A DNA stretch of 64,000 nucleotides from Escherichia coli O127:H6 str. E2348/69 (GCF_000026545.1 NC_011601.1); one strand, 5' to 3'. Counted from the stretch's first letter, positions 10,096 through 23,113 are shown. The notes: generated by a model from the sequence alone, not told the origin. Made by a program: numbers and translations.

Positions 10096-11112
10096 TCATT
10101 CAACCAGTGTTTGTAAACTGCTTTCGCGGTTCACTTCTGTCTGACGCGGCACAGCTGCCACCAGCGCCAGTTCGATAATTTCCTGCACGCTACAACCACG
10201 AGAGAGATCGTGCATCGGCGCGGCAAGTCCTTGTATCAATGGCCCGACGGCACGATATCCGCCAAGTCGTTGTGCGATTTTGTAGCCAATATTTCCTGCC
10301 TCCAGCGACGGAAAAACCATCACATTGGCTTTGCCCTGTAACGGGCTGGCAAGCGCTTTTTGCGCCGCCACTTCCGGCACGAAGGCGGCGTCAAACTGCA
10401 ACTCGCCATCGACAACCAGCTTTGGTGCGCGCTCACGGACGATTTCTGTCGCCTGCTGGACGTTGGCAACGCAGGGGTGACGGGCACTACCGTTGCTGGA
10501 AAACGACAGCATCGCCACGCGCGGTTCTTCTCCGGTGATGGCGCGCCAGGTTTCGGCGCTGGCAAGCGCGATATCCGCCAGTTGTGCCGCCGTCGGCTGT
10601 GGCACCACGCTGCAATCGGCAAAGCCCAACGCCGGACCGCTGTACTGTGGCAGCATCAGGAAAATGGATGAGAGCGTTTTACAGCCTGGCTGCAAGCCGA
10701 TAATGCGTAATCCGGCACGCAGCACATTCGCCGTGGAAGAGAGGTTGCCCGCGATACAGACATCCGCTTTACCGGCGCTGACCATTGCGGCGGCGAACAT
10801 CAGCGGGTCGGTAAGTTTTTCCAGCGCATCCGGCGGCGTTTTTTCGCCCGCGCGGGCCAGCCAGCGATGAGCAAATTCTTCCCGCATTGCGAGGTTGCCA
10901 TGCGGATCAATCACCTGTAGCCCGTCCATCGCCACGCCATGACTGAGCGCAAACTGACGAAGTTCAAACGGATTGGCGACCAGAATGGGCGTTGCCAGAC
11001 CTTGTTGATGTAAATATTGCGCAGCTTTCAGCACACGTTGATCTAACGCATCCGGAAAAACTACTCTGGCGGGCGCTCGCAACGCCAGTTCACGACAACG
11101 TTCAATAATCAT
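10096..11112 (-). CDS. eutD: phosphotransacetylase EutD
   Basis: 338-aa Pta-like ORF; operon position. Confidence 0.92.
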   Translation of the reverse strand: MIIERCRELALRAPARVVFPDALDQRVLKAAQYLHQQGLATPILVANPFELRQFALSHGVAMDGLQVIDPHGNLAMREEFAHRWLARAGEKTPPDALEKLTDPLMFAAAMVSAGKADVCIAGNLSSTANVLRAGLRIIGLQPGCKTLSSIFLMLPQYSGPALGFADCSVVPQPTAAQLADIALASAETWRAITGEEPRVAMLSFSSNGSARHPCVANVQQATEIVRERAPKLVVDGELQFDAAFVPEVAAQKALASPLQGKANVMVFPSLEAGNIGYKIAQRLGGYRAVGPLIQGLAAPMHDLSRGCSVQEIIELALVAAVPRQTEVNRESSLQTLVE

Positions 11113-11912
11113 TGCGTTTCCCCCAGTCGTTGTTGGATCTGCTTCACCGTTAGCGGCTGCTTCGTTACGCTCAGGATCATCATCACGTAGACCGTGCTGG
11201 AAAGGCGGTTCAGCGCCTGCAAAATGTCCGGGCGTAATACTTCAAAGCTGCGGGTGATAAAGACCTGCGCCGCGACGGTTTCGGTTTCCCGCACTTTGGT
11301 GCGTAACAGATTCAGCAACGCCGCATCGCGCCCGTGGCTGGCTTCCGGCACCAGATGATCGTGGTCGAGATAACGCAGCGGCTGGTGAGAAAGCCGATGC
11401 AGATCTTCGTCAGAAAGCCCGACAATCGCTTGATCGCCCAGCGGTTCCCCCAGCGCATCGGCACGCATAATGTTGCCAAGACGCGAACGGATATCCGCCA
11501 GCCACGGCTGCCACGGTTCCGCCAGTTCAATTTGCAGCCACACTGCCAGCGCAATGGTGCTGTCGAGAACAGCGCGAAAAGCCAGGCGCGGATCGCTTTT
11601 GGCAACCATTTTTTCCGCCGACAGGTGAGTCAGCGTATCCGGCTTTTTTGCCACCGGCTGGCGGCACAGTTCGCAGCACGCCTGCGGATGTTCATCGCTA
11701 CTGGTCAGCCCATGAACGGGCTGCGGCTGCTGCTGTTCATCGTCAACAAACAGGCGGCCCTGCTCGTCAATAAACTTGATGCGCAGATGGCGGCTTTCCA
11801 GTAACTCCCGGGCAGAGGGCGTCAGGCGACTGTCCGCAGGGAGATGGATCTCTGCGCCTTCGCTGAGCGTATGGTTCGCTCTTAGCCATGCTTCGGTGAT
11901 GAAATCTTTCAT
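11109..11912 (-). CDS. eutT: cobalamin adenosyltransferase EutT
   Basis: 267-aa ORF; operon position and length. Confidence 0.88.
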   Translation of the reverse strand: MKDFITEAWLRANHTLSEGAEIHLPADSRLTPSARELLESRHLRIKFIDEQGRLFVDDEQQQPQPVHGLTSSDEHPQACCELCRQPVAKKPDTLTHLSAEKMVAKSDPRLAFRAVLDSTIALAVWLQIELAEPWQPWLADIRSRLGNIMRADALGEPLGDQAIVGLSDEDLHRLSHQPLRYLDHDHLVPEASHGRDAALLNLLRTKVRETETVAAQVFITRSFEVLRPDILQALNRLSSTVYVMMILSVTKQPLTVKQIQQRLGETQ

Positions 11913-12610
11913 AAGGATTGCCAGTTAGCCGGCCAGGCGACATACAGGAATTTCACGCTGGATGTCGTACCAAATTCGATGCTGGAGCCTTTCGGGATAA
12001 ACATCACATCGCCCGCTTTGGCGATCATAGTTTCGCCTTCGTGGCGAACATGCAGCTCCCCTTCCAGCACCATGTCGATTTCGTCGTAGTTCAGGGTCCA
12101 CGGAAAGAAGGCGTTCTCCCACTGCATGAAACCAGCGGCCATACTGCTGCCGTCGTCTCCGGTCACGAGATCAGTCAAGCCTACGCAGTGCGGCTGTGCG
12201 CCGTCGAAACGACCAAACTTGACGCTGCTACCATCAATAACTTTGATGCCGCCTTTGCCGGTCACCGATTTAAAGCTCGGCTGCAGTGCACCCTGTTCCA
12301 GCGACTGTTTTTCCTTCATCACTTTTTCCATCAGCTGCGCGACCAGGCTTTCGGTAAACTGACCTTCCGGCAGTTGGGCGATAATGGTTTCACGGATGCG
12401 CTGGCTTTCGGTTTTATCGGCTGATGCGCTGGCGGGAACAGACGCCGTTACCGGGATCGATTCATCACATTCGGTGATGGTAAAACCCAACAGATCAGCC
12501 ACTTCACGAGCTTCCGGGGTAATAATGCTGGCGCGCAGAACCACGGACATTGCCAGTTCGCCGCGCGCGTGTGCTTCACGAATATCATTCGCTGTGATGA
12601 GTTTTTTCAC
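11909..12610 (-). CDS. eutQ: ethanolamine-utilization protein EutQ (cupin)
   Basis: 233-aa ORF; operon position and length. Confidence 0.88.
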   Translation of the reverse strand: MKKLITANDIREAHARGELAMSVVLRASIITPEAREVADLLGFTITECDESIPVTASVPASASADKTESQRIRETIIAQLPEGQFTESLVAQLMEKVMKEKQSLEQGALQPSFKSVTGKGGIKVIDGSSVKFGRFDGAQPHCVGLTDLVTGDDGSSMAAGFMQWENAFFPWTLNYDEIDMVLEGELHVRHEGETMIAKAGDVMFIPKGSSIEFGTTSSVKFLYVAWPANWQSL

Positions 12611-13064
12611 CTGCTTCCTCCTGTTTGGTGAGAGATGCCAGATAATCCACCAGTTGCTGCACGCTTTGCGGGTCGTGGCTGTTTAGCTCGAAAATCGGCT
12701 CTTCGAAGCCCGTCTCAAGCAATAACTTTCGCGTTGCGGCGACGTCAGCATCTGGCATGTCCGTTTTACTGATGACGGCGATTTGCCGTTTGCTGACGCC
12801 AATATCCAGCAACCCGGCAGGCAACCGACTTTCCGGGTCATTCGCGCCGTGGACATAGATCAGCATGTCCACATCCTGTAGCGTGGTAATTAAGGCGTGA
12901 TACCAGCGGGGATGGCTAAAATATTCACCCGGCGTATCAATATCGCCATTATCATTAAATTCCACGGCCTGTGTTTTTCTTGCGAGGGTATAATTCCCCT
13001 GCAACGCATTAAATAACGTTGTTTTTCCTGCCCCGACGGTACCCACAAACGCAATTCGTTTCAT
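12585..13064 (-). CDS. eutP: ethanolamine-utilization P-loop protein EutP
   Basis: 159-aa ORF with Walker A motif GTVGAGKTT. Confidence 0.9.
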   Translation of the reverse strand: MKRIAFVGTVGAGKTTLFNALQGNYTLARKTQAVEFNDNGDIDTPGEYFSHPRWYHALITTLQDVDMLIYVHGANDPESRLPAGLLDIGVSKRQIAVISKTDMPDADVAATRKLLLETGFEEPIFELNSHDPQSVQQLVDYLASLTKQEEAGEKTHHSE

Positions 13065-13076
13065 GAATGCCTCATA

Positions 13077-13412
13077 TTAACTTTTGGTCATTTCACAAAG
13101 CGTATAATTTAATAAGCGTCCTAAACCACTGACGGTTTGTGATAACGCTTCTTCTACTGCGCCCACCGAGCCATAAATCACCAGCGCGCCGCTAAAACGG
13201 TCGAGAAAACCGATATGCACATCGGCGGCTTTCAACGCTAAATCACCGGCGATCATCGCCGTTTCTCCGGGAGTTAGCGTCATAATGCCGATTGCGCCCG
13301 CATCCGGAACGCCGATTTTCTTCGCCAGTTCCTCGCCGGGATGCGCGATGAGATGCGCCAGTGTGACCTGTTTACCGGGCACAAATTCCTGAATGATGCG
13401 TTCTTTATCCAT
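13077..13412 (-). CDS. eutS: microcompartment shell protein EutS
   Basis: Start placed at the internal Met ([10 protein letters not shown]...) to give 111 aa; the ORF track extends to 13484. Confidence 0.85.
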
Positions 13413-13658
13413 GAGTCGCCGCCTGTGAAAAACTTTCGTGTATCGTGACAATTTTTCGTCAGAGTAAATAACAAAATTCGGCAAGCGCGTTTAAAAGGTG
13501 AGGTAGATCACTAAGAATGGAGAGATATTTGCTGTGGTGCATAAACTTTCATATGCAACGCATGAATATAAATAAAATAATATCGAGATATTTTATATAC
13601 TGCTTTTTTATTATTCGCAAACTCAGTAATAAACTTTACTAATATATTGCAGCTAAAC

Positions 13659-13686
13659 CGCTTACCCTGAATATTCAGGGTAAGCG
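13659..13686 (-). terminator. 28-bp perfect palindrome, probable maeB terminator hairpin
   Basis: cgcttaccctgaatattcagggtaagcg immediately after the maeB stop; U-tract after it is weak. Confidence 0.5.
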
Positions 13687-13703
13687 TGAGAGTTAAAAAA
13701 GAA

Positions 13704-15983
13704 TTACAGCGGTTGGGTTTGCGCTTCAACCACGGCCAGCGCCACCATGTTGACGATACGACGTACCGATGCGATCGGCGTTAACACGTGAACCGGTTTC
13801 GCCACCCCCATCAGCACCGGGCCGACAGTCACACCTTCCGAGCTGGAAACGCGCAGTAAGTTGTAACTAATGCGGGCAGCTTCCATGTTCGGCATCACCA
13901 GAATATTAGCGGAACCTTTCAAAGGGCTGTCCGGCATACGGTCGTTGCGAATCGCTTCCACCAGCGCTGCATCGCCGTGCATTTCACCATCAATCATCAG
14001 TTCTGGCGCACGTTCCCTGACCAGTTCCAGCGCCTGACGCATTTTGCTCGACGACGGGCAGTCAGAAGAACCAAAGTTGGAGTGCGACAACAGAGCCACA
14101 CGCGGCTCAATACCAAAACGACGAACAGTTTCTGCCGCCATCAAGGTGATCTCCGCCAGCTCTTCTGCATCAGGCTCATCATTGACGTAGGTATCGGCAA
14201 TAAAGGTATTACCACTCGGCAACAGCAGCGCGTTCATTGCACCTGCGGTGTGAGCGCCATCGCGATAACCAAAGACATTTTTCACCACGCTAAAGTGTTC
14301 ATGATAATCGCCCACCGTACCGCAAATCATTGCATCGGCTTCGCCACGCTGAACCATGATCGCGCCGATCACTGTCGGGTTACTGATCAGCGCACGCTGC
14401 GCCTGCTCCTGAGTGACACCGCGACGCTTCATGATCTGGAAGTATTCGGTCCAGTACTCTTTAAAGCGCGGATCGGATTCGTTATTGACGATCTCAAAAT
14501 CAACGCCCGACTTGATCTGCAAGCCCAGTTTCTGAATGCGCATTTCGATCACGTTCGGACGACCAATAAGGATCGGTTTCGCCAGTCCCAGCGTTACCAG
14601 TTCCTGAGTGGCATGCAGAACGCGCGCCTCTTCCCCTTCCGGCAGAACTACGCGCTTCGGCGCTTTGCGAGCCTGGGAGAAAATCGGCTTCATAAACAGG
14701 TTGGTTTTGTAAACGAACTCAGTCAGCTTGTCGATGTAGACGTCGAAATCAGCAATCGGACGCGTCGCCACGCCCGACTCCATCGCCGCTTTCGCCACCG
14801 CAGGAGCGATCTTAACGATCAAGCGCAGATCAAACGGTTTTGGAATGATGTATTCCGGGCCGAAACTCAGATCTTGATCGCCATACGCTGAAGCCACCAC
14901 TTCACTCTGTTCCGCATGGGCCAGTTCTGCAATCGCGCGTACCGCCGCCAGTTTCATCTCTTCGTTGATGGCGGTTGCGCCAACGTCCAGCGCGCCACGG
15001 AAGATAAACGGGAAGCAAAGGACGTTGTTCACCTGGTTCGGGTAGTCGGAACGGCCGGTACAGATGATGGCATCCGGACGCACTTCTTTCGCCAGCGGCG
15101 GCAGAATTTCCGGTTCCGGGTTCGCCAGCGCCAGGATCATTGGCGCCCGAGCCATTTTCTTCACCATTTCCTGGGTCAGCACTTTCGGGCCGGAACAGCC
15201 GAGGAAAATATCCGCGCCTTCAATCACATCATCGAGGGTACGTTTACCGTCATCCACCACCGCGTATGCGGCTTTGGTTTCCGCCATGTTTGGCTCACGG
15301 CCCTGATAGATAACGCCTTTTGAATCGCAAACCACGATGTTATGTTTTTGCAGACCCAGCGCTACCAGCAGGTTCATACAGGCGATTGCTGCGGCACCCG
15401 CGCCAGAAACCACCATCCGCACGTCGGAGATGTTTTTCTCCACCACGCGCAAGCCGTTGAGGATGGCGGCAGTGCTGATAATTGCCGTGCCGTGCTGATC
15501 GTCGTGGAATACCGGAATATTCATCCGCTCGCGCAGTTTCTGTTCAATATAGAAACATTCTGGCGCTTTAATGTCTTCGAGGTTGATGCCGCCAAAGGTC
15601 GGTTCGAGCGCAGCGACGACTTCAATAAATTTGTCAGGGTCGAGTTCATCAACTTCTATGTCAAATACATCAATCCCGGCGAATTTCTTAAACAGAACGC
15701 CCTTGCCTTCCATCACCGGTTTGCCTGCCAGCGCGCCAATGTTGCCTAACCCCAGCACCGCCGTACCGTTAGAGATCACCGCTACCAGGTTACCGCGCGC
15801 GGTATATTTGTAGGCTTTTAACGGGTCTTTTTCGATTTCAAGACAAGGTGCGGCAACGCCTGGTGAGTAGGCCAGCGCCAGATCTCGCTGCGTTGCCAGA
15901 GGCTTGGTTGGAGAAACCTGGATTTTCCCTGGAACTGGAAATTCATGGAAATCAAGTGCACTTTGTTTTAACTGGTCATCCAT
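13704..15983 (-). CDS. maeB: NADP-dependent malic enzyme MaeB (with C-terminal phosphotransacetylase-like domain)
   Basis: 759-aa ORF recognised as MaeB. Confidence 0.95.
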   Translation of the reverse strand: MDDQLKQSALDFHEFPVPGKIQVSPTKPLATQRDLALAYSPGVAAPCLEIEKDPLKAYKYTARGNLVAVISNGTAVLGLGNIGALAGKPVMEGKGVLFKKFAGIDVFDIEVDELDPDKFIEVVAALEPTFGGINLEDIKAPECFYIEQKLRERMNIPVFHDDQHGTAIISTAAILNGLRVVEKNISDVRMVVSGAGAAAIACMNLLVALGLQKHNIVVCDSKGVIYQGREPNMAETKAAYAVVDDGKRTLDDVIEGADIFLGCSGPKVLTQEMVKKMARAPMILALANPEPEILPPLAKEVRPDAIICTGRSDYPNQVNNVLCFPFIFRGALDVGATAINEEMKLAAVRAIAELAHAEQSEVVASAYGDQDLSFGPEYIIPKPFDLRLIVKIAPAVAKAAMESGVATRPIADFDVYIDKLTEFVYKTNLFMKPIFSQARKAPKRVVLPEGEEARVLHATQELVTLGLAKPILIGRPNVIEMRIQKLGLQIKSGVDFEIVNNESDPRFKEYWTEYFQIMKRRGVTQEQAQRALISNPTVIGAIMVQRGEADAMICGTVGDYHEHFSVVKNVFGYRDGAHTAGAMNALLLPSGNTFIADTYVNDEPDAEELAEITLMAAETVRRFGIEPRVALLSHSNFGSSDCPSSSKMRQALELVRERAPELMIDGEMHGDAALVEAIRNDRMPDSPLKGSANILVMPNMEAARISYNLLRVSSSEGVTVGPVLMGVAKPVHVLTPIASVRRIVNMVALAVVEAQTQPL

Positions 15984-16271
15984 TTGGTTGTTCCTTTCAC
16001 GTAACGTTCACAAATAAAGTGTGTGGGCAACAGCCCCTGTCCACAACGTGGCGCACATTATTACCCTGCCGGAGTCTACAGACTTTGAGCAAGTCCAAAC
16101 TCTCACCATTAATATAATGTTTTGGTAATAATCCTATAACACTGATGTTACCTGCTTAATCCAGCAATACCATGCCTGTCTGCTATGCTTTTTTGATGCG
16201 TTTAGCGAAATTTCTCAGAAGTGTGAATTAACGCACTCATCTAACACTTTACTTTTCAAGGAGTATTTCCT

Positions 16272-17222
16272 ATGAACGAGTTAGACGGCATCAAACAGTT
16301 CACCACTGTCGTGGCAGACAGCGGCGATATTGAGTCCATTCGCCATTATCATCCCCAGGATGCCACCACCAATCCTTCGCTGTTACTCAAGGCTGCCGGA
16401 TTATCACAATATGAGCATTTAATAGACGATGCTATCGCCTGGGGTAAAAAAAATGGCAAGACCCAGGAACAACAGGTGGTCGCAGCGTGTGACAAACTGG
16501 CGGTCAATTTCGGTGCTGAAATTCTCAAAATCGTACCCGGTCGCGTGTCAACAGAAGTTGATGCACGCCTCTCTTTTGATAAAGAAAAGAGTATTGAGAA
16601 GGCGCGCCATCTGGTGGACTTGTATCAGCAACAAGGCGTTGAGAAATCGCGCATTCTGGTCAAGCTGGCTTCGACCTGGGAAGGAATTCGCGCGGCAGAA
16701 GAGCTGGAAAAAGAAGGTATCAACTGCAACCTGACGCTGCTGTTTTCTTTTGCACAGGCGCGGGCCTGTGCAGAAGCAGGCGTTTTTCTGATTTCGCCGT
16801 TTGTCGGGCGTATTTATGACTGGTATCAGGCACGCAAGCCGATGGACCCGTATGTGGTGGAAGAAGATCCAGGTGTTAAATCAGTACGCAATATCTACGA
16901 CTACTATAAGCAACACCACTATGAAACCATTGTGATGGGCGCGAGCTTCCGTCGCACCGAACAAATCCTCGCCTTAACCGGCTGCGACCGACTGACTATC
17001 GCACCGAATTTGCTGAAGGAACTACAGGAAAAAGTTTCGCCAGTGGTACGTAAATTAATCCCACCTTCTCAGACGTTCCCACGCCCAGCTCCCATGAGCG
17101 AAGCGGAGTTCCGTTGGGAGCACAATCAGGATGCGATGGCGGTAGAAAAACTGTCTGAAGGCATTCGTCTGTTCGCCGTTGATCAACGCAAACTGGAAGA
17201 TCTTCTTGCCGCCAAACTATAA
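16272..17222 (+). CDS. talA: transaldolase A
   Basis: 316-aa transaldolase ORF followed directly by tktB. Confidence 0.93.
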   Translation: MNELDGIKQFTTVVADSGDIESIRHYHPQDATTNPSLLLKAAGLSQYEHLIDDAIAWGKKNGKTQEQQVVAACDKLAVNFGAEILKIVPGRVSTEVDARLSFDKEKSIEKARHLVDLYQQQGVEKSRILVKLASTWEGIRAAEELEKEGINCNLTLLFSFAQARACAEAGVFLISPFVGRIYDWYQARKPMDPYVVEEDPGVKSVRNIYDYYKQHHYETIVMGASFRRTEQILALTGCDRLTIAPNLLKELQEKVSPVVRKLIPPSQTFPRPAPMSEAEFRWEHNQDAMAVEKLSEGIRLFAVDQRKLEDLLAAKL

Positions 17223-17241
17223 ACCAGCCACGGAGTGTTAT

Positions 17242-19245
17242 ATGTCCCGAAAAGACCTTGCCAATGCGATTCGCGCACTCAGTATGGATGCGGTACAAAA
17301 AGCCAATTCTGGTCATCCCGGCGCGCCGATGGGCATGGCTGATATTGCCGAAGTGCTGTGGAACGATTTTCTTAAACATAACCCCACCGACCCAACCTGG
17401 TATGACCGTGACCGCTTTATTCTTTCCAACGGTCACGCGTCGATGCTGCTCTACAGTTTGCTGCATCTGACCGGTTACGACCTGCCGCTGGAAGAACTGA
17501 AGAACTTCCGTCAGTTGCATTCGAAAACCCCTGGTCACCCGGAAATCGGCTATACGCCAGGTGTTGAAACCACCACCGGTCCTCTTGGACAAGGTTTGGC
17601 GAACGCCGTCGGGCTGGCGATAGCAGAGCGTACGCTGGCGGCGCAGTTTAATCAGCCGGATCATGAAATTGTCGATCACTTCACCTATGTGTTTATGGGC
17701 GACGGCTGCCTGATGGAAGGTATCTCTCACGAAGTCTGTTCGCTGGCGGGCACGCTGGGGCTGGGCAAGCTGATTGGTTTTTACGATCACAACGGTATTT
17801 CTATTGATGGGAAAACCGAAGGCTGGTTTACCGACGATACCGCAAAACGATTTGAAGCCTATCACTGGCATGTGATCCATGAAATCGACGGTCACGATCC
17901 ACAGGCGGTGAAGGAAGCGATCCTTGAAGCGCAAAGCGTGAAAGATAAGCCGTCGCTGATTATCTGCCGTACGGTGATTGGCTTTGGTTCGCCGAATAAA
18001 GCAGGTAAGGAAGAGGCGCACGGCGCACCACTGGGGGAAGAAGAAGTGGCGCTGGCACGGCAAAAACTGGGCTGGCACCATCCGCCATTTGAGATCCCTA
18101 AAGAGATTTATCACGCCTGGGATGCCCGTGAAAAAGGCGAAAAAGCGCAGCAGAGTTGGAATGAGAAGTTTGCCGCCTATAAAAAGGCTCATCCGCAACT
18201 GGCAGAAGAGTTTACCCGTCGGATGAGCGGCGGTTTACCGAAGGACTGGGAGAAAACGACTCAGAAATATATCAATGAGTTGCAGGCGAATCCGGCGAAA
18301 ATCGCTACCCGTAAGGCTTCGCAAAATACGCTTAACGCTTACGGGCCGATGCTGCCTGAGTTGCTCGGCGGTTCGGCGGATCTGGCTCCCAGCAACCTGA
18401 CCATCTGGAAAGGTTCTGTGTCGCTGAAGGAAGATCCGGCGGGCAACTACATTCACTACGGGGTGCGTGAATTTGGTATGACCGCTATCGCCAACGGCAT
18501 CGCGCACCACGGCGGCTTTGTGCCGTATACCGCGACGTTCCTGATGTTTGTTGAATACGCCCGTAACGCCGCGCGGATGGCGGCACTGATGAAAGCGCGG
18601 CAGATTATGGTTTATACCCACGACTCAATTGGTCTGGGCGAAGATGGTCCGACGCACCAGGCTGTTGAGCAACTGGCTAGTCTGCGCTTAACGCCAAATT
18701 TCAGCACCTGGCGACCGTGCGATCAGGTGGAAGCAGCGGTTGGCTGGAAGCTGGCGGTTGAGCGCCACAACGGACCGACAGCACTGATCCTCTCAAGGCA
18801 GAATCTGGCACAGGTAGAACGAACACCGGATCAGGTTAAAGAGATTGCTCGTGGCGGTTATGTGCTGAAAGACAGCGGCGGTAAGCCAGATATTATTCTG
18901 ATTGCCACCGGTTCAGAGATGGAAATCACCCTGCAAGCGGCAGAGAAATTAGCGGGAGAAGGTCGCAATGTTCGCGTGGTTTCCCTGCCCTCGACCGATA
19001 TTTTCGATGCCCAGGATGAGGAATATCGCGAGTCGGTACTGCCTTCAAATGTTTCTGCCCGCGTGGCAGTAGAAGCGGGTATTGCCGATTACTGGTACAA
19101 ATATGTTGGTCTGAAAGGGGCAATTGTCGGGATGACAGGTTATGGGGAATCTGCTCCGGCGGATAAGCTGTTCCCGTTCTTTGGCTTTACCGCCGAGAAT
19201 ATTGTGGCAAAAGCGCATAAGGTACTGGGAGTGAAAGGTGCCTGA
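17242..19245 (+). CDS. tktB: transketolase 2
   Basis: Start placed at ATG 17242 ([13 protein letters not shown]...) preceded by GGAG, giving 667 aa; the ORF track extends upstream to 17179. Confidence 0.93.
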   Translation: MSRKDLANAIRALSMDAVQKANSGHPGAPMGMADIAEVLWNDFLKHNPTDPTWYDRDRFILSNGHASMLLYSLLHLTGYDLPLEELKNFRQLHSKTPGHPEIGYTPGVETTTGPLGQGLANAVGLAIAERTLAAQFNQPDHEIVDHFTYVFMGDGCLMEGISHEVCSLAGTLGLGKLIGFYDHNGISIDGKTEGWFTDDTAKRFEAYHWHVIHEIDGHDPQAVKEAILEAQSVKDKPSLIICRTVIGFGSPNKAGKEEAHGAPLGEEEVALARQKLGWHHPPFEIPKEIYHAWDAREKGEKAQQSWNEKFAAYKKAHPQLAEEFTRRMSGGLPKDWEKTTQKYINELQANPAKIATRKASQNTLNAYGPMLPELLGGSADLAPSNLTIWKGSVSLKEDPAGNYIHYGVREFGMTAIANGIAHHGGFVPYTATFLMFVEYARNAARMAALMKARQIMVYTHDSIGLGEDGPTHQAVEQLASLRLTPNFSTWRPCDQVEAAVGWKLAVERHNGPTALILSRQNLAQVERTPDQVKEIARGGYVLKDSGGKPDIILIATGSEMEITLQAAEKLAGEGRNVRVVSLPSTDIFDAQDEEYRESVLPSNVSARVAVEAGIADYWYKYVGLKGAIVGMTGYGESAPADKLFPFFGFTAENIVAKAHKVLGVKGA

Positions 19246-19253
19246 TGGTGATC

Positions 19254-19303
19254 GCCGGATGCTGATTGTCGGATGTGACGCTGGCGCGTCTTATCCGGTC
19301 TAC
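19254..19303. repeat. REP element
   Basis: gccggatg...gacgctggcgcgtcttatccggtctaca REP-type palindrome between convergent tktB and ypfG. Confidence 0.7.
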
Positions 19304-19321
19304 ATGTCCCCGCCATTTTTT

Positions 19322-20365
19322 TTAACGGGTGATCCACAACGTGGGCCAGGCGTCTGGCCCATGCCAGTTATCGCAGGTGGGTTCTGCGGCGTAACGCACC
19401 AGGCGAAAACGCTGACCGTCAAAGCGCCAGCGCGCCTGAATGCCACAATCGCTTAATCCGCGCCCTTTTGCTAAGGTCACCAGTTCACGCGATTTTTCAT
19501 CGAATGTTGCGTTCATCAGTTCCAGTTCATTGGTCTCCTGACCGTTGTTGAACGGCAAACGCAACCGTACCGGGCGCGAGGCCAGCGGCTTTTTACGCGA
19601 CACAATCCATGCCAAATCAATGGTGTTATAGGCCCCTGCCTCACAGCTAATCATCATCAGCGCTTTATCATCGGTCAGCGCAGTGACATTCACCTCACGA
19701 CGTAACGGATCAAGCGAACAGCGCAGACCATTCATCCGCCAGTTTCCATAATCCAGCAAATCGTTACGTTCTTCGAGTGAAAGTGGCGTCGGCGTTGGGT
19801 TAACCACCGCGACCTCTTTCAGCGCAGGCGCTGGCGGTACGCTGAGCGGCGGTTCGTCCCCTTTCTTTATCCACGCGGTCTCACTGCCAACGCGCTTTTG
19901 CTGGGCATCAATAAACAACAACGCCGCTTTTAAGCCACTCAGAGAAATAGTCTGATTGCCGTCGCGTAAGGTGATCGCCCTCCCTTCCTGAATCATCTGC
20001 AAAAACGCGGTGATGGTTGCCGTATCATCGGTTACTAGTAACCATGGTGAAATCCGCCACTTGTCACCACTTAACGCCAACGGCTCACCATCTAACAGCA
20101 GCCGTGGCGCTATCTCCCCTTCAGACGCATCCGGCGACTTCAACCCGCCGCGCTCAATACGTAAAACGGCATCGGTATGCGCCCCGGCGCTGCGGCTCAG
20201 GGTCATCACCAGTCCATTATGATCGCCCGTATTGCGCGCTACACAGAAATTTTGGTTATTACAGGTAACCTGCCAGTCGGAAAACGCCCGTTGCGCTGGT
20301 GCCGCCCACACCAAAGACGTCGGCAACAAAGCGAAAAAAAAGAGAAGGAAAATGCGATAGCGCAT
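19322..20365 (-). CDS. ypfG: DUF1176-family exported protein YpfG
   Basis: 347-aa ORF with N-terminal signal peptide; matches K-12 ypfG position and length. Confidence 0.85.
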   Translation of the reverse strand: MRYRIFLLFFFALLPTSLVWAAPAQRAFSDWQVTCNNQNFCVARNTGDHNGLVMTLSRSAGAHTDAVLRIERGGLKSPDASEGEIAPRLLLDGEPLALSGDKWRISPWLLVTDDTATITAFLQMIQEGRAITLRDGNQTISLSGLKAALLFIDAQQKRVGSETAWIKKGDEPPLSVPPAPALKEVAVVNPTPTPLSLEERNDLLDYGNWRMNGLRCSLDPLRREVNVTALTDDKALMMISCEAGAYNTIDLAWIVSRKKPLASRPVRLRLPFNNGQETNELELMNATFDEKSRELVTLAKGRGLSDCGIQARWRFDGQRFRLVRYAAEPTCDNWHGPDAWPTLWITR

Positions 20366-20490
20366 GGACGGTACGCCCCCAGAAGTTCAAACAAACAGCA
20401 CAAGTCGTATCTTCGTTGCGCAGGTAGCGCGGCTCAATCGGATTTATCGGATTGAGCCAATAATAAACAACGAAATATTATTGTTATTTT

Positions 20491-21066
20491 TCAGTCCATT
20501 AAATGTGACATTTGCAAATAGTTAAGCAATAACACCGTCTTACCGTCACGTATCTCGCCGGTTTTAATCATCTCCAGCGCCTGGCTGAACGGCAGCTCAA
20601 GCACTTCAATATCTTCATCTTCGACACCACCACCGGCGTTAGCGCGCTGGCTGTCACTGTATTCGGCGATAAAAAAGTGGATTAGCTCAGTCACACCGCC
20701 TGGCGACATATACAGTTCAAATAATTTGCGGACTTCGCCAACTTCATAGCCCGTCTCTTCAATCGCTTCTTTGCGAATGCACACTTCCGGTTCGTCGTTA
20801 TCCAGCAGCCCGGCGCAGGTTTCAATCAGTTGCCCGCTTTCATTGCCATTAACCCAGGTAGCGACGCGGAACTGGCGAATCAGAACCACGGTCTTTTTCT
20901 TCGCGTTGTACAGGAGGATCGTCGCACCATTACCGCGATCGTAAACTTCACGTTTATGGCGGATAACTTCGCCATCTTTGCGCGTGAGATCGTAAGTAAT
21001 GTTGTGCAGGGTGAAATAGTTATCGGAGAGAATTTTGTCTTTAACGAGGGTGATTTGTTGCGTCAT
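20491..21066 (-). CDS. nudK: GDP-mannose pyrophosphatase NudK (Nudix hydrolase)
   Basis: Start placed at the internal Met ([10 protein letters not shown]...) preceded by GGAG, giving 191 aa. Confidence 0.88.
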   Translation of the reverse strand: MTQQITLVKDKILSDNYFTLHNITYDLTRKDGEVIRHKREVYDRGNGATILLYNAKKKTVVLIRQFRVATWVNGNESGQLIETCAGLLDNDEPEVCIRKEAIEETGYEVGEVRKLFELYMSPGGVTELIHFFIAEYSDSQRANAGGGVEDEDIEVLELPFSQALEMIKTGEIRDGKTVLLLNYLQMSHLMD

Positions 21067-21133
21067 ACCGACTCCACAGCGCGAAATGAACAATTATCTT
21101 ACGCTGTGAAGTCGGGTTTGTCTGCGCAGGCTA

Positions 21134-23113
21134 TCAGTGAGATTTGACTGATTTTACGCCCAGCCAGTCAATGATCCCCTGTGCCGCATGACGTCCTTCT
21201 GCCATTGCGGTAACCACCAGATCCGCACCACGCACGGCGTCACCACCGGCGAAGATTTTCGGATTCGTGGTCTGGTAACGGTACTGGCTTTCCACATCCG
21301 CGATGATGCGGCCCCATTTGTCTACCGTTACACCGTGCGACTCCAGCCACGGCATCCCGTGCGGATTGAAGCCAAACGCCATAATCACCGCATCGGCTGG
21401 CATGACAAATTCACTGCCTTCCACCGGCACTGGACGCCGACGCCCCTGGGCATCCGGCTCGCCAAGACGCGTGCGCAGAAAACGAATCCCGCAGACGTGA
21501 CCTTGTTCATTCAGCTCAAGCGCCACCGGCTGGACGTTAAATTCGAAGTTGGCCCCCTCTTCACGGGCGTTCTTCACCTCTTTCTTCGAGCCTGGCATGT
21601 TAGCTTCATCACGACGATAAGCGCAGGTGACATTACTCGCGCCGTGGCGCAGCGCGGTACGCACACAGTCCATCGCGGTGTCGCCGCCGCCCAGTACCAC
21701 GACGTTAAGTCCGGCGGTATTGATAAACGGCTCTTCCGGTAGCTCTTCGAGTCCCATCACCTGTTTAGTATTGGCGATGAGGAACGGCAGCGCGTCATAA
21801 ACGCCCGGCGCATCTTCATTGGGTAAACCCGCTTTCATGGAACGGTAAGTGCCTACGCCAACGAAGACCGCGTCGTATTGTTCCAAAAGCGAATTCAAAG
21901 AGACATCTTTACCCACTTCACAATTGAGTTCGAAGTGAATCCCCATCGCGCTGAAGATTTCCCGACGGCGTGCCAGCAGGGATTTATCCAGTTTGAAAGA
22001 AGGAATGCCGAAAGTGAGCAAGCCACCGATTTCTGGATGGCGATCGTACACCGTCACCGCCACGCCATTGCGGGTGAGAACATCTGCACAGGCCAGCCCT
22101 GCCGGACCCGCACCGATAATCGCCACCCGCTTGTCCACTTTGGTGACATGGCTTAAGTCAGGACGCCAACCTTTCGCCAACGCCTGATCTGAAATGTAGC
22201 GTTCAATGTTACCGATAGTTACTGCGCCGTGCTCATCGCGAATAGTACAGGCACCTTCACACAAACGGTCTTGCGGGCAAACGCGTCCGGTAATTTCCGG
22301 CAGGGTGTTGGTCTGGTGAGAAAGCTCGACGGCGGCGTCGATGTTTCCGGCTTTCACCAGTTCAATCCACTGCGGTATATGGTTATGCAGCGGGCAGGTC
22401 CATTCACAAACGCTGTGCTCGCCGCACTTAAGGCAGCGCGAGGCTTCCCGTTGTGCCTGATCGGCACGGAATGGCAGATAAATTTCATCAAAACCGGTTT
22501 TGCGCGCTTCAATCGCCAGTTTATCTGGCTCGCCACGCGCGGGCGTTGCCTGCATTTGCTCGACTTTACTCATTACCGGCATTTCTTGCGCCGCGGTACT
22601 GGCATGCCACGGTTGTTGTTCCTGACGTGCGGTGCGCAAGCGGCGGGATTTCGCCATGCCGGAGAGTGCGGCGTCAGTGACCAGTTGCAGCGCGTCCGCC
22701 GGGCAATTTTCGACACAGGCAGGACCGTTTTCGCGCCCTGCACAAAGGTCGCATTTATGCGCCGTGGCTTTTACTTTTCCTACCGCAACGGGTGTCAGAA
22801 CGATTTGCATCGTACCAAATGGACAGGCCACCACGCAGGATTTACAGCCAATACACTTTTGCTGATTGACCTGAATGCTGTCATCAACGTGGCTGATTGC
22901 GCCATTAGGGCAGCTACGGGCGCAGGGCGCATCTTCACAATGGTGACAGGTCACTGCACTACGTTGCTGCTGATGTTTGATAACCGTAATTCGGGGATGA
23001 AAATGGTGTTGGCTCAGGACATGTTGCTCGTCATTGTGAGCCATGACACAGGCGATTTCACAAGCATGACAACCCAGACATTGCTGACTGTTGGCCATAA
23101 TAAAACGATTCAT
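21134..23113 (-). CDS. aegA: Fe-S cluster oxidoreductase AegA (ferredoxin domains plus GltD-like flavoprotein domain)
   Basis: 659-aa ORF with multiple CxxCxxCxxxC motifs and a GxGxxG nucleotide-binding fold. Confidence 0.92.
   Translation of the reverse strand: MNRFIMANSQQCLGCHACEIACVMAHNDEQHVLSQHHFHPRITVIKHQQQRSAVTCHHCEDAPCARSCPNGAISHVDDSIQVNQQKCIGCKSCVVACPFGTMQIVLTPVAVGKVKATAHKCDLCAGRENGPACVENCPADALQLVTDAALSGMAKSRRLRTARQEQQPWHASTAAQEMPVMSKVEQMQATPARGEPDKLAIEARKTGFDEIYLPFRADQAQREASRCLKCGEHSVCEWTCPLHNHIPQWIELVKAGNIDAAVELSHQTNTLPEITGRVCPQDRLCEGACTIRDEHGAVTIGNIERYISDQALAKGWRPDLSHVTKVDKRVAIIGAGPAGLACADVLTRNGVAVTVYDRHPEIGGLLTFGIPSFKLDKSLLARRREIFSAMGIHFELNCEVGKDVSLNSLLEQYDAVFVGVGTYRSMKAGLPNEDAPGVYDALPFLIANTKQVMGLEELPEEPFINTAGLNVVVLGGGDTAMDCVRTALRHGASNVTCAYRRDEANMPGSKKEVKNAREEGANFEFNVQPVALELNEQGHVCGIRFLRTRLGEPDAQGRRRPVPVEGSEFVMPADAVIMAFGFNPHGMPWLESHGVTVDKWGRIIADVESQYRYQTTNPKIFAGGDAVRGADLVVTAMAEGRHAAQGIIDWLGVKSVKSH

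Noticed and set aside
13977..14891. 304-aa plus-strand ORF
   Set aside because: Antisense within maeB; Arg/His-rich low-complexity translation typical of a reverse-frame artefact
16996..18198. 400-aa minus-strand ORF
   Set aside because: Antisense to talA and tktB, which are confidently identified on the plus strand
20366..20490. Near-perfect inverted repeat ggctcaatcgga...tccgattgagcc between ypfG and nudK as a terminator
   Set aside because: No U-tract in the correct orientation for either flanking gene; could be a protein-binding site or chance dyad
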